Shown here: positions 62,686-64,000 of the stretch, piece after piece
Position numbering within the stretch: position 1 is the stretch's first letter
Layout of the letters: each line of letters starts with the position of its first letter
Assembly (NCBI RefSeq): GCF_006345805.1
Contig: NC_043010.1
Location: 45,818,001-45,882,000 of the forward strand
DNA length: 64,000 nucleotides
Origin: Octopus sinensis
Lineage: Eukaryota
Reading direction: 5' to 3'
The notes under the pieces: model-generated
Seen by the model: the letters and a program-made list of their open reading frames with translations, nothing else
Database searches by the model: none
Told to the model about the DNA's origin: nothing
Translations under genes and position numbers: made by a program

Positions 62686-63512
62686 GTAAGTGTTGTCGCA
62701 GGTGGTAGGAGAAAAATCAAACAATATACTACTATATTGCTTTTATAATATAATGTCTTAAGATTCTTTGTTCGGTCTAATGGTGTTAGACATCAACTCA
62801 ATATGATGATGGTCAAGTGTTATTTTAAGGCAAACGAAGAAACTTTATATATATATATATATGATGTGTTATAATAAATAAAAAGGTTATATAGATTAAT
62901 AATACTTGATATTAAGGCTAATGATTAATTATTTATGCACAGACAGATTTGTAAGGGATGGGGTTGTGTGACAATCATTTCTTCAAAGTGATGTTATTTT
63001 CGATCGATAACACGATGGATTTTTGGTATATTGCTAGTTGAGTAACAACAAAAGAAAACAATATATCAATATGTCAAATACTATTTTTAAACAGAAATAT
63101 GGAAATCTCTAAACTGAACTAGTTTCTCTGTTTAAATTATCCTCCTTTAAAAAAAAAACCCAGTCGTAATAGGCATTGTGTTTATGCGAGCCTTTTAATA
63201 AGTTAAAGGGCTCTTATTTCACTTTCACAATTAACAGAACACCTAGTGTACGTTCCTTAGGGTGCGGGTATAATTAGTTGTACAGGCTATTATAACCTGG
63301 TGTTTGTTATATAAAACCTCAGTAAATATGAAAGAGAATGTCGTTTGCTGTGACATTTAAGGAAGGATAGAATTTATTAATGAGAGTAGGGACTAATTAT
63401 ATCGGAAATTTGGAAATCCGCACGCATTCCTGATCGGCATAGGATATATTAACGTCAACGTTGGCTCCATTCACCCTACATAGCATTTAAGTAAGAACAG
63501 TGAGGTGTCGAA

Positions 63513-63550
<38 letters not shown>

Positions 63551-63887
63551 AGTGTGTATCCTAAATATTTAGTTCGGATTTTCGCTGCACCATCGCTGTC
63601 TGTTGAATAACAGACAGGAGACACTTTTTTTTATTTTGTAAAGGCGACATGGAGAATGGCAGTGCCTCAGTTTAAAGGCGACATGTGTGAGCCATTTCCA
63701 GCTAGGGATGGATAATGAGTTGTAAGCTTAGTTCTTGAAAGTAGCCCCTTATACAATTCTTTTGTTGAAATTATGATTGATAAAGATAATGAAAATGATT
63801 TCTTTTCTTTGAAAAGTAACTGATTATAGAAATTTACATACAAAATACACATTCTTGTTTGCACTTTAGTATATTTCTCTCCCTCTC

Positions 63888-63948
<61 letters not shown>

Positions 63949-63958
63949 ATCTACCTAC

Positions 63959-64000
<42 letters not shown>
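63888..64000. repeat. (TATC)n microsatellite
   Basis: Direct reading. Confidence 0.95.

Noticed and set aside
63639-63700. Second exon of the downstream gene, with a 13-bp direct repeat TAAAGGCGACATG (63639, 63673)
   Set aside because: An acceptor-like site exists, but the phase-0 frame stops shortly after and the only donor is weak; no homology support.

Overview
AT-rich, repeat-dense metazoan genomic DNA. The SINE/microsatellite landscape suggests an octopus (cephalopod) genome; this is pattern recognition, not a database hit. Positions 1.1-33.1 kb carry 15 GT-AG coding exons of a + strand ADAM metalloprotease-disintegrin (ADAM9/12/19-type architecture). The window holds the end of the prodomain and furin site RVRR, an intact [12 protein letters not shown] zinc motif, disintegrin, Cys-rich, EGF and TM domains, and a ~390-aa cytoplasmic tail. 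The signal peptide and most of the prodomain lie upstream of the window. One Cys-rich exon is 1 nt short (frameshift at an AAA run). Introns and the ~29 kb downstream are filled with tRNA-derived SINEs, decayed RTE/CR1 LINE pieces, a mariner relic, piggyBac- and hAT-like MITEs, minisatellites and fold-back elements sitting in (TA)n tracts. The most notable signal is a set of minimal type-I hammerhead ribozyme motifs, of the kind known from Penelope-like retroelements, in three unrelated repeat families. One pair of identical copies lies in direct ~340-bp repeats 3,938 nt apart, a retrozyme-like layout. A CpG-rich region near 62.3-62.7 kb holds a candidate first coding exon of the next gene. 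All coordinates were counted by hand; repeat boundaries are approximate.
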